A stretch of DNA of 64,000 nt from a virus (IMGVR_UViG_3300042307_001176:90412-154411); one strand, 5' to 3'. Shown: positions 1 through 7,272, counted from the first letter of the stretch. The notes: a model not told the origin generated them from the letters alone. Numbers and translations are program-made.

Positions 1-57
1 AAACAGATAAGGATTAATCAATCTATGTTTAATCAAAGGGGATTTATTGGTAAATAA
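1..57 (+). CDS. 3' end of an upstream gene (partial)
   Basis: Frame 1 open from the window edge (KQIRINQSMFNQRGFIGK) to TAA at 55-57. Confidence 0.45.
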   Translation, partial: KQIRINQSMFNQRGFIGK

Positions 58-79
58 ATCATAAAATAATAATAATAAA

Positions 80-226
80 ATGGCTAAAGCTAAATCAATA
101 GACTCTTCAAAGAATCATATGCGTAAAGCTAAGACAAAAAGACCTGGCGTGCATTCTAAATGTAAGAATAGCATCAGCAAAAAAGCCAAGCATTATAATA
201 AGCCTTATAAATCTCAAGGAAGATAA
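80..226 (+). CDS. Small basic protein (48 aa), missed by ORF track
   Basis: MAKAKSIDSS...KPYKSQGR*. Lys-rich, with a Y-x-x-QGR end recalled from small T4-like phage proteins. A-rich leader. Confidence 0.7.
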   Translation: MAKAKSIDSSKNHMRKAKTKRPGVHSKCKNSISKKAKHYNKPYKSQGR

Positions 227-249
227 TAAAGATATATAAAATAAAACAA

Positions 250-612
250 ATGAGACACATCAGAATATACGAACAATTCGACATGGCAGCAGCTCCTGAA
301 ATGATAGAATCTCCAGAATTAGTAAAAGATGCTCATTTTGAAGCAGAAACTACAGAGTTCAGACCAACTGAAGACAATGAAGAAGGAGAATATGTAGTTA
401 ATTTTACAAATCCAGAGGGCGAAGAAACAACAATTAATATTGGGTTTGCTAATGAACCGGAATACGTAGGTAATTCTATGATCAGTTCAATTGATATGGT
501 AGCAGATTCAAGTTCGGATGGTAAACAATATTCAATAATAGGATACTATGACGAACTTACAGGTACTGGAGGAGCTTATGAACTTAAAAAGGTACTAATA
601 GAAGAGATATAA
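250..612 (+). CDS. Acidic hypothetical protein, possible internal head protein
   Basis: ORF with N-terminal MRHIRIYEQF motif; GATATATA at 231. Confidence 0.7.
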   Translation: MRHIRIYEQFDMAAAPEMIESPELVKDAHFEAETTEFRPTEDNEEGEYVVNFTNPEGEETTINIGFANEPEYVGNSMISSIDMVADSSSDGKQYSIIGYYDELTGTGGAYELKKVLIEEI

Positions 613-616
613 TATT

Positions 617-895
617 ATGTCGGTTTCGATCTATTCCACTTATAATGAATTTAAATTTGCAGATACAGAATCATGTGAATACTTAGAATCTGTTGAATCA
701 GACTATGAAGACGATTCAGATAAGGATGTGTTCTTTTATACAGAAAGCAAACTAGATCCTATAGATGACGCATCTTTTTATGTTGTAGCTGATACAGAGG
801 ACGAGGATATTGCCGAAGATATTTCTAATTACCTAGGAAAGTTTAGTAAGTTTTTTCTTATTGATCTACACAAGACTATTTTCGTTATAAAATAA
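617..895 (+). CDS. Acidic hypothetical protein
   Basis: ORF tightly packed after previous gene. Confidence 0.65.
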   Translation: MSVSIYSTYNEFKFADTESCEYLESVESDYEDDSDKDVFFYTESKLDPIDDASFYVVADTEDEDIAEDISNYLGKFSKFFLIDLHKTIFVIK

Positions 896-928
896 TCTAA
901 AAACATTTTTTTTATAATAGAAAAGTTC

Positions 929-966
929 TATATTTGTGAAACAAAATAACAAAGAGAACATATAAT
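929..966 (+). promoter_or_regulatory. Stacked promoters of tRNA operon 1
   Basis: TATATTTG (929-936, Bacteroidota -7 box) and GAAACA-N17-TATAAT (938-966). Confidence 0.6.
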
Positions 967-972
967 ACTCAA

Positions 973-1032
973 ATGAACAAAACAATTAACATATTACCTA
1001 TATCATTAAGACCGTCGTCAAGACGATCCTAA
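973..1032 (+). CDS. Attenuator leader peptide 1 (MNKTINILPISLRPSSRRS)
   Basis: Codons 7-19 are only ATA/TTA/CCN/TCN/AGA/CGA, matching downstream tRNAs; followed by antiterminator and terminator. Confidence 0.8.
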   Translation: MNKTINILPISLRPSSRRS

Positions 1033-1065
1033 AGGTCCTATGTTAATAAAAAATAATCATTAACT

Positions 1066-1099
1066 AAACCGGGACCTTTAAAAGTCTCGGTTTTTTTTT
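1066..1099 (+). terminator. Attenuator terminator, tRNA operon 1
   Basis: AAACCGGGAC/GTCTCGGTTT stem plus T tract; 1071-1080 can alternatively pair with 1030-1039. Confidence 0.85.
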
Positions 1100-1100
1100 G

Positions 1101-1112
1101 TGTTCTTTGACA
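1101..1112 (+). promoter_or_regulatory. boxA-like antitermination element
   Basis: TGTTCTTTGACA resembles rrn boxA TGCTCTTTAACA; same position in all three tRNA operons. Confidence 0.65.
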
Positions 1113-1129
1113 TGTTGGATTATAAAATT

Positions 1130-1219
1130 GGAGAGTTGCCAGAGCCAGGCTTAATGGATCAGTCTTGAAAACTGACGTAGCGAAAGTTACCGGGGGTTCG
1201 AATCCCTCACTCTCCGCCA
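1130..1219 (+). tRNA. tRNA-Ser(TGA)
   Basis: Cloverleaf, TCAGT-CTTGAAA-ACTGA, long variable arm, encoded CCA. Confidence 0.95.
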
Positions 1220-1222
1220 ATT

Positions 1223-1296
<74 letters not shown>

Positions 1297-1302
1297 CACA
1301 AA

Positions 1303-1460
1303 GCCCTCTGCCTAGCGCTGGGTATGGATCGAAGATAGAATATGCCTCTACAACGTAGACAGTTAGAATATTTCGGTATTCTTTAATGATATGCACACTT
1401 ATTCTCTAAATCGTGGGTTAGCACAGTTTGTATGTTCTGGGGATATTTAAAGACATACAA
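1303..1460 (+). ncRNA. Unassigned structured RNA within tRNA operon 1
   Basis: Several stems: TGCCTA/TGGGTA, TCTAC/GTAGA, AGAATA-TTTCGG-TATTCT, TTGTATGT/ACATACAA; no tRNA fold. Confidence 0.4.
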
Positions 1461-1463
1461 TTT

Positions 1464-1536
1464 CGGGATGTAGATCAGTTGGTAGATCGCCTGGTTTGGG
1501 ACCAGGAGGCCGTCAGTTCGAGTCTGGCCATCCCGA
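1464..1536 (+). tRNA. tRNA-Pro(TGG)
   Basis: CCTGG-TTTGGGA-CCAGG. Confidence 0.95.
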
Positions 1537-1543
1537 CATCAAT

Positions 1544-1617
1544 AGAGGCGTAGCTCAATTGGTTAGAGCACATGCCTTATACGCATGCGGTCACGAGTTC
1601 GACTCTCGTCGTCTCTA
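1544..1617 (+). tRNA. tRNA-Ile(TAT)
   Basis: CATGC-CTTATAC-GCATG; rare UAU anticodon. Confidence 0.9.
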
Positions 1618-1621
1618 CTTA

Positions 1622-1695
1622 GGTCCCTTAGCTCAGTAGGTTAGAGCAACTGACTCATAATCAGTAGGTCCACGGTTCGAGCCCGTGAGGGACCA
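1622..1695 (+). tRNA. tRNA with CAT anticodon, probably Ile2 (lysidine)
   Basis: ACTGA-CTCATAA-TCAGT with an Ile2-like body; separate fMet and Met candidates exist in the other operons. Confidence 0.8.
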
Positions 1696-1753
1696 CTAAA
1701 TTTTAAAGTCTTTAGGAGAACAAAAGTTCATGCTGGTTCAGATCCAACCTCTT
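1696..1753 (+). pseudogene. Possible decayed 3' part of a type II tRNA (Leu-TAA-like)
   Basis: CTAAA/TTTAG arm with TAA in the loop, variable hairpin GAAC-AAAA-GTTC, T-arm-like GCTGG-TTCAGAT-CCAAC; no D arm. Confidence 0.4.
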
Positions 1754-1778
1754 GTATTTTTTGGATATATAATAAATC

Positions 1779-2150
1779 ATGAATGATCATATTAGAATAT
1801 CCGGACTCGGTATAGAAATATACAAAAATGATATACCAGGAGTGAGATGGAATAAAGCTCAGACTTTTGCAGAATTTCTTAAAGATGGGTGGAGGTTGCC
1901 TACATTAAAAGAACTTGCTTTAATAAAAACACTAAGGGATGTTGGAGGCATAGGAAGATTTCCTGCGGAATATTCGGATTTTTCTGATTCATATTATTGG
2001 AGCGGAAAAGAAGGAGAAGCTGCCACTCTAAGAACTCAATTAAAAGACGGAAGTAGTAGTTATGCTTATTACTTTGATGTGGCTAAAGGAATTTCTTCAC
2101 ATAGTAAAAAAGCATACGATCTTAGGGTTAGGTTTGTCAGAGATATATAA
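1779..2150 (+). CDS. DUF1566/Lcl C-terminal-like domain protein
   Basis: GWRLPTLKEL, YYWS and VRFVRD motifs. Confidence 0.7.
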   Translation: MNDHIRISGLGIEIYKNDIPGVRWNKAQTFAEFLKDGWRLPTLKELALIKTLRDVGGIGRFPAEYSDFSDSYYWSGKEGEAATLRTQLKDGSSSYAYYFDVAKGISSHSKKAYDLRVRFVRDI

Positions 2151-2153
2151 TGT

Positions 2154-3005
2154 ATGGCAACAACAAGACCTTTTTCGTATAATCCAACGCAATCAACAAT
2201 TGCTGGAACTACTAATTTAGGTACCATATGTATAGGAGTATCTGATTTAGACTATGCTGCTAGCCCTGGAGGATTAACGTGGTGGATGGGACCGGATGAA
2301 GATAATTCTTATGTAGTATGCAAGGATGTACCAGCTCAAAATTTCCCTACTCCGTTAGGAAATATAGGCAATGTACAATTTTGGAGATGCACTAATACAG
2401 ATTTAGCATTTAGAGATATGGTATCTACAATAAGTGGTACTACACAAGCATCGGCTTCAGCAGCTAGTGATTGGTTAGCATCTAATAACTATTGGACTAA
2501 CAGAAATCCATATCTTGCAGGTCTATATAAAACAACTTACTCTGGATATTTCGCAGATTCAGTTAGTTTCTTTGCAACTGCAACTCCTCAAGCATTTGGA
2601 ACAAACCCAGCTACTTCTGTACAAACTACTGCAATATCAGAAGCAGCTAGTGGTGATGGTGATTATTTTAGTTGTCAATGGTTGGGTTATTTCAGTCCGA
2701 CTACTACTCAAACTTATACATTTTACACCAACTCGGATGATGCATCTTATGTGTGGGTTGGAGCAAATGCGATATCTGGATTTACTACAGCAAACGCAAC
2801 AGTCAATAATGGAGGTGCTCATGGTCCTATAGAGGCATCAGGTTCTATAGATCTAACTGCAGGAGTTTATTATCCTATAAGAATTCAATTCGGTGAAGCC
2901 GGCGGAGGTGATGTACTTACTTTCAATTATTCAACACCAACGATAGCAAAAACAACTAATGTAACAGGATTAGTTTTCTATAATACATCAACTAACGGAT
3001 TCTAA
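2154..3005 (+). CDS. PA14-domain protein (possible virion carbohydrate-binding)
   Basis: FSCQWLGYF..TYTFYTNSDDASYVW..NNGGAHG..YYPIRIQFGE; N-terminus shared with next gene. Confidence 0.8.
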   Translation: MATTRPFSYNPTQSTIAGTTNLGTICIGVSDLDYAASPGGLTWWMGPDEDNSYVVCKDVPAQNFPTPLGNIGNVQFWRCTNTDLAFRDMVSTISGTTQASASAASDWLASNNYWTNRNPYLAGLYKTTYSGYFADSVSFFATATPQAFGTNPATSVQTTAISEAASGDGDYFSCQWLGYFSPTTTQTYTFYTNSDDASYVWVGANAISGFTTANATVNNGGAHGPIEASGSIDLTAGVYYPIRIQFGEAGGGDVLTFNYSTPTIAKTTNVTGLVFYNTSTNGF

Positions 3006-3010
3006 AACAT

Positions 3011-3787
3011 ATGGCAACAACAAGAGCATTTTCATATAATCCAACACAATCAACAATTGCGGGAACTACGAATGTGGGTACTCTATGTATAGGTGTATCT
3101 CCTTTAGCATATAGTACTAACCCTGGTGGATTAACCTGGTGGATGGGACCAGACGAAGATAATTCTTACGTGATAGCTAAGGATGTATCAGCTGGAAATT
3201 TTCCCACTCCTGTAGGGAACGTAGGTAATGTACAATTTTGGAGATGCACTAATACGGATTTAGCATTTAAAGATTTAGTATCTATAATAAGTGGTACTGC
3301 ACAAGCATCGGCTTCAGCAGCTAAATCATGGCTAACAACAAATAATTATTGGACTAATTATACCAGTGGTGTAACTTTCTCTCGCCCTTTCGTTAATGGT
3401 ATTGCACCAGGAGCTACCACAGAAACTGCTTGGAATACATTCAGAGCAGCATTAACGGGATCTTATACACAATTTGTTATATCAAATTCATTAGGATTTA
3501 GTCTAACCGTAAGCCATGCTACTTCGGTCCAAACTTTGGCAGATGCTTTAAAAAATGCAACAAGCAATACCTCAGTAACTATAAACAGCGTAGTTTGGAG
3601 AGTGGGAACAGCTTGTGGAACTCCTTCTATTGGTGGAGTTGCTGTTGAATTTTCTAATGTAGGAAGCTGTACTGGATCAAGTACTATAGCATTTAGACCT
3701 ATGATTAATAACTTAAACTGGGGAGGTATGGGTACAGGGTCTACTGTAAGCCAGGCTTCTCAAACAATGACACTAACATTTAGCTAA
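3011..3787 (+). CDS. Paralog of 2154..3005 with a different C-terminal domain
   Basis: Highly similar first ~117 aa, unrelated C-terminus. Confidence 0.8.
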   Translation: MATTRAFSYNPTQSTIAGTTNVGTLCIGVSPLAYSTNPGGLTWWMGPDEDNSYVIAKDVSAGNFPTPVGNVGNVQFWRCTNTDLAFKDLVSIISGTAQASASAAKSWLTTNNYWTNYTSGVTFSRPFVNGIAPGATTETAWNTFRAALTGSYTQFVISNSLGFSLTVSHATSVQTLADALKNATSNTSVTINSVVWRVGTACGTPSIGGVAVEFSNVGSCTGSSTIAFRPMINNLNWGGMGTGSTVSQASQTMTLTFS

Positions 3788-3950
3788 TGGAAAATTATAG
3801 AATAATGAATATAACAGTAACACCATATATTGTTGTTCCTGGTAAAGAATCGCTAACTCTAGAAGAATGCATATTGTGGATAAATGAAAACGGAGGAGAT
3901 TGTCCTTTATGTAATTACACCATACAGCCATCGGAACATAATATATAGTC

Positions 3951-4106
3951 AGATATATAAGTAATGAAAACATTTAAAGATTTTATTTACGAAAAAATTA
4001 ATGAAGACACATTATCGTATAGGGGATTAGTTTTCTATAATACATCAACTAACGGATTTTAAAACATATGGCAACAACAAGAGAATTTGCATATAATTTA
4101 CAATAA
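3951..4106 (+). repeat. Mosaic duplication scar (chimeric mini-ORF 3964-4062)
   Basis: 3951-4029 copies 4219-4297; ~4024-4083 copies ~2967-3026; joined at shared GGATTA. Confidence 0.85.
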
Positions 4107-4231
4107 ATTAAATAAATAGAGAATATTAAAAATTAGGCAAAGTAACCACAAACCCACTGGTAATAGGCAGTTCTTGAGATGGAATGCAATATAAAACGTA
4201 AGTCCTGCTTTGCCTTTTAGATATATAAGTA

Positions 4232-4816
4232 ATGAAAACATTTAAAGATTTTATTTACGAAAAAATTAATGAAGACACATTATCGTATAGGGGATTAAAA
4301 TTTAATTTTAATTCAACTATCGATGGGTATGTTAAAGTAAAAGAAGATGATCCAACTATATCATTTGATAGTGAAACCTCGTTTGATAAACTTATAATAA
4401 CCGATCCTCGTGAATTCTTTAACTTTAGATATGATAATGAAAAGGATAATAAGAACTTATCTTCTATTGATTCAGAAAATGTTCTTAGAATTAGAATTGG
4501 ATCTAAAGATTTTAAGGGAAGATCCGGCGGGGTTACTCATGTATCTGTAAGAGTCCCTGAAAATTTTGACTATAATAAATTTCAATTAGAGTTACCTAAT
4601 ATAAAGATAGCGCTTACAGATAGAACTGAAGTAGACAGAGTTATTAAAGAAGTTGAGGCTCTTGTAACTAAATGTGCAGGGGAAGAACCTAATGCGTATT
4701 CAGATAATAAACCAGATTACAGACAGGACATCGTAAATTTTATTAAATCTATAGAAGAAAAGCTAGGTAAAGAAGATACCAAAAGAATATTTATTGATAT
4801 TATTAATAAATTGTAA
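4232..4816 (+). CDS. Hypothetical protein, possible internal head protein
   Basis: N-terminus MKTFKDFIYE resembles T4 capsid-targeting sequence. Confidence 0.75.
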   Translation: MKTFKDFIYEKINEDTLSYRGLKFNFNSTIDGYVKVKEDDPTISFDSETSFDKLIITDPREFFNFRYDNEKDNKNLSSIDSENVLRIRIGSKDFKGRSGGVTHVSVRVPENFDYNKFQLELPNIKIALTDRTEVDRVIKEVEALVTKCAGEEPNAYSDNKPDYRQDIVNFIKSIEEKLGKEDTKRIFIDIINKL

Positions 4817-4854
4817 AATTTAATTTACATAGATAAGAATATATAAAATAAAAA

Positions 4855-5133
4855 ATGAAACATCTTAAAAAATATCAATCTAATAATTCAGAAATTAACG
4901 AAGGATTTTGGGATTCTCTTTTTGGCAAACCCACTGTTGATGATGCTGCTCATGACCAAATGAGAGGTCAAGGATGGAGCCACAGAGGTAAAGACGAAGA
5001 AAATTATATCATGTTTCAAGGACAAAAGTTCTATCCAGAACAGATCCAATATGATGATGCTTATTCAACTAAACAAATACCAAGAGTTGAAGGTGGTATG
5101 CTAATCGTAGCTAACCCAGCTTGGAATTTATAA
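4855..5133 (+). CDS. Hypothetical protein
   Basis: ORF with MKHLKKY..INE N-terminus. Confidence 0.7.
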   Translation: MKHLKKYQSNNSEINEGFWDSLFGKPTVDDAAHDQMRGQGWSHRGKDEENYIMFQGQKFYPEQIQYDDAYSTKQIPRVEGGMLIVANPAWNL

Positions 5134-5170
5134 TAAAAATAAAAAAATATCAGAAATCGTTTTTTAATGA

Positions 5171-5201
5171 GAAACTTTTCTGTACATTTGGAGTATATAA
5201 T
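5171..5201 (+). promoter_or_regulatory. Stacked promoters of tRNA operon 2
   Basis: GAAACT(5171)-N17-TATATAAT and TACATTTG (5183-5190). Confidence 0.6.
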
Positions 5202-5222
5202 AAAAAAGGAACAAAACTTTCA

Positions 5223-5312
5223 ATGAAACACTTTTTAAATATCGCAACAGATTTTCAACTTCGTAAAGAGGATGACCTTCTAGAGGATAGATTTAAGTGT
5301 CAGAGGAAATAA
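5223..5312 (+). CDS. Attenuator leader peptide 2 (MKHFLNIATDFQLRKEDDLLEDRFKCQRK)
   Basis: GAG GAT GAC CTT CTA GAG GAT run (5268-5288) matches downstream Glu/Asp/Leu(TAG) tRNAs. Confidence 0.8.
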   Translation: MKHFLNIATDFQLRKEDDLLEDRFKCQRK

Positions 5313-5333
5313 ATTTATATAATGATATAATTT

Positions 5334-5362
5334 AAACCTCTGATAACCTCAGAGGTTTTTTT
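5334..5362 (+). terminator. Attenuator terminator, tRNA operon 2
   Basis: AAACCTCTGA/TCAGAGGTTT plus T tract; 5337-5345 alternatively pairs with TGTCAGAGG 5298-5306. Confidence 0.85.
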
Positions 5363-5370
5363 GTTTTATA

Positions 5371-5382
5371 CGCTCTTTGAAA
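5371..5382 (+). promoter_or_regulatory. boxA-like element
   Basis: CGCTCTTTGAAA just before first tRNA. Confidence 0.6.
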
Positions 5383-5386
5383 TTAC

Positions 5387-5458
5387 GCTGCCATCGTCTA
5401 ACGGTTAGGACCTATGGTTTTCATCCATAAAATCGGAGTTCGATTCTCCGTGGCAGTA
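5387..5458 (+). tRNA. tRNA-Glu(TTC)
   Basis: TATGG-TTTTCAT-CCATA. Confidence 0.93.
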
Positions 5459-5469
5459 CAAAAAATTAA

Positions 5470-5544
5470 GGTCCCGTAGTTAAACGGCTATAATGCTGCC
5501 CTGTCACGGCAGAGTTCGGAGTTCGATTCTCCGCGGGACCGCCA
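5470..5544 (+). tRNA. tRNA-Asp(GTC)
   Basis: CTGCC-CTGTCAC-GGCAG, encoded CCA. Confidence 0.95.
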
Positions 5545-5552
5545 AATTATAT

Positions 5553-5625
<73 letters not shown>

Positions 5626-5629
5626 CTAA

Positions 5630-5710
5630 GCCCAGGTGGTGAAATGGTATACACGCTAGTCTTAGAAATTAGTGACGTAAGTCGTGAGGGTTCGAGTCCC
5701 TCCCTAGGTA
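5630..5710 (+). tRNA. tRNA-Leu(TAG)
   Basis: CTAGT-CTTAGAA-ATTAG, variable arm GAC-GTAA-GTC. Confidence 0.9.
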
Positions 5711-5712
5711 CT

Positions 5713-6282
5713 ATGAAAATTATATTTTTAGATCATGACGGTGTAATTTGTCTTTCCCAACAATTTGGAGGACGTTACAAAAAGCAGGCTAAAGCTAGAA
5801 AAAAGCTTTCTCAGGATCTGATGACTTTTCCTGTTGGAGCTAGGTTTGATAATTTTGATAAGAAAGCAATAAAGGTTTTAAATACAATCTTAGAAGAAAC
5901 AGGAGCTGAAATAGTGGTTTCTTCAGATTGGAAAAACTGGGCAACTGTAGAAGAAATGGGTGAATACTATAAAGAGCAAGGAATTATTAAAACTCCTATA
6001 GATTTCACTCCTAGAGAATACACGTTACCAGAGAAACAAGAATGGCATCCAGATTGGGATTTAGAAGCATCAAGAACTTTAGAAATCCAAGAATGGTTGA
6101 AAGATCATCCAGAAGTCTCTCATTGGGTAGCAATAGATGATTTGGATATGAGTTTTAAAGAAGTATCTTCTAATAGAAGCGGTACCGGATGGGGATTAAT
6201 AAATTTCGTACACACTCCAAGCCTTAATGAAGGTATTAAAAAATGTGGAATTAAAGAAAAAGTTTTAAAATTTTTAAAATAA
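5713..6282 (+). CDS. HAD-superfamily phosphatase (HAD_SAK_2, RNA-repair-associated type)
   Basis: IIFLDHDGV, IVVSSDW, WVAIDD; start moved to ATG 5713 because the track ORF overlaps tRNA-Leu. Confidence 0.75.
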   Translation: MKIIFLDHDGVICLSQQFGGRYKKQAKARKKLSQDLMTFPVGARFDNFDKKAIKVLNTILEETGAEIVVSSDWKNWATVEEMGEYYKEQGIIKTPIDFTPREYTLPEKQEWHPDWDLEASRTLEIQEWLKDHPEVSHWVAIDDLDMSFKEVSSNRSGTGWGLINFVHTPSLNEGIKKCGIKEKVLKFLK

Positions 6283-6379
6283 TTTAAGAAATCATTTTTT
6301 TATCCCGTTACATTTGGTTATCTTTGTAATATAAATTAACAAACTTTATTTACAATTTACAATTTACAAAAAACCTATT

Positions 6380-6757
6380 ATGAAAAATCAAAAATTAAAA
6401 AGAGTTACTATGAGTGTATCTCACGAGAATCCTGATGCACAGGTAAATTTTAAATCAATCGGAATTGGAAAAGATCAAAGAGAAGCAGCTATTTTTGCTT
6501 TAGGATCTTTCTTAAATGTTATAGATGGAGTAAGCCAAGAAGGTATATCAGATTACAACGAAGCTTTGGAAATGGTTAATGCTCAATATTCGGAAGCTGA
6601 AATAGTATCATTTACTGAAACCCAATTGGAAAGGGCAAAAGATGCTTTTATTACTACTTACGAAACAACTAAAGTTGATTATGTTTGGGACGAAGTAGAA
6701 GATGGAATGGCTTTGGGCTTGATCGAAGGATTAGAAATAATCGAAGAGGAATATTAA
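6380..6757 (+). CDS. Hypothetical early protein
   Basis: ORF preceded by TATCTTTG (6319-6326). Confidence 0.7.
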   Translation: MKNQKLKRVTMSVSHENPDAQVNFKSIGIGKDQREAAIFALGSFLNVIDGVSQEGISDYNEALEMVNAQYSEAEIVSFTETQLERAKDAFITTYETTKVDYVWDEVEDGMALGLIEGLEIIEEEY

Positions 6758-6797
6758 AAAATATCAAAAAACATCTTTTTATTCAAAAAAGATATTG

Positions 6798-6835
6798 TAC
6801 TTTTGCGAAACTATTCTGGAAACAGGATATATAAT
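6798..6835 (+). promoter_or_regulatory. Stacked promoters of tRNA operon 3
   Basis: TACTTTTG (6798), GAAACT(6807)-N17-TATAAT(6830), GATATATA (6826). Confidence 0.6.
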
Positions 6836-6843
6836 TAAGAAAA

Positions 6844-6951
6844 ATGAAAAACTGTAGTAAACATAACATCAATCGCATGATCAGTCAGATTAATGGCTGC
6901 TATCAAACGGTGGCGTTTTGGGCAAAGGGGAAAGAACCCGATCGAAGCTAA
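6844..6951 (+). CDS. Attenuator leader peptide 3 (MKNCSKHNINRMISQINGCYQTVAFWAKGKEPDRS)
   Basis: Codons 2-30 contain all 16, and only the 16, amino acids of the downstream tRNAs. Confidence 0.85.
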   Translation: MKNCSKHNINRMISQINGCYQTVAFWAKGKEPDRS

Positions 6952-6979
6952 TACAGGAAATCATATTTAGATATTTTGG

Positions 6980-7013
6980 AAAAGGCTTTGATTCACATCA
7001 AAGCCTTTTTTTT
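6980..7013 (+). terminator. Attenuator terminator, tRNA operon 3
   Basis: AAAAGGCTTTGAT/ATCAAAGCCTTTT plus T tract; 6984-6992 alternatively pairs with ATCGAAGCT 6941-6949. Confidence 0.85.
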
Positions 7014-7024
7014 GTTCTTTGACA
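7013..7024 (+). promoter_or_regulatory. boxA-like element
   Basis: TGTTCTTTGACA, identical to 1101-1112. Confidence 0.65.
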
Positions 7025-7037
7025 TACTGGAAAAAAT

Positions 7038-7110
7038 GGTACCGTAGCTCAGTCGGTAGAGCACTAGACTGAAAATCTAGGTGTCGCCGGTTCGATTCCG
7101 GCCGGTACCA
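7038..7110 (+). tRNA. tRNA-Phe(GAA)
   Basis: CTAGA-CTGAAAA-TCTAG. Confidence 0.95.
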
Positions 7111-7120
7111 CAATTAAAAT

Positions 7121-7193
7121 GATCTCGTAGCTCAGCTGGTAGAGCACCGCACTTTTAATGCGGGAGTCGAGGGTTCGAGCCCCTCCGGGATCA
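7121..7193 (+). tRNA. tRNA-Lys(TTT)
   Basis: CCGCA-CTTTTAA-TGCGG. Confidence 0.95.
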
Positions 7194-7199
7194 CTACAC

Positions 7200-7272
7200 A
7201 CATCAGTAGCTCAATTGGTAGAGTGTTGGTCTCCAAAACCAAAGGTTGTAGGTTCGATTCCTACCTGGTGTG
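7200..7272 (+). tRNA. tRNA-Trp(CCA)
   Basis: TTGGT-CTCCAAA-ACCAA. Confidence 0.95.

Noticed and set aside
5121-5222. Upstream extension of ORF 5121-5312
   Set aside because: Spans promoter motifs; ATG 5223 is the plausible leader start
5644-5712. N-terminal extension of HAD ORF
   Set aside because: Lies within tRNA-Leu
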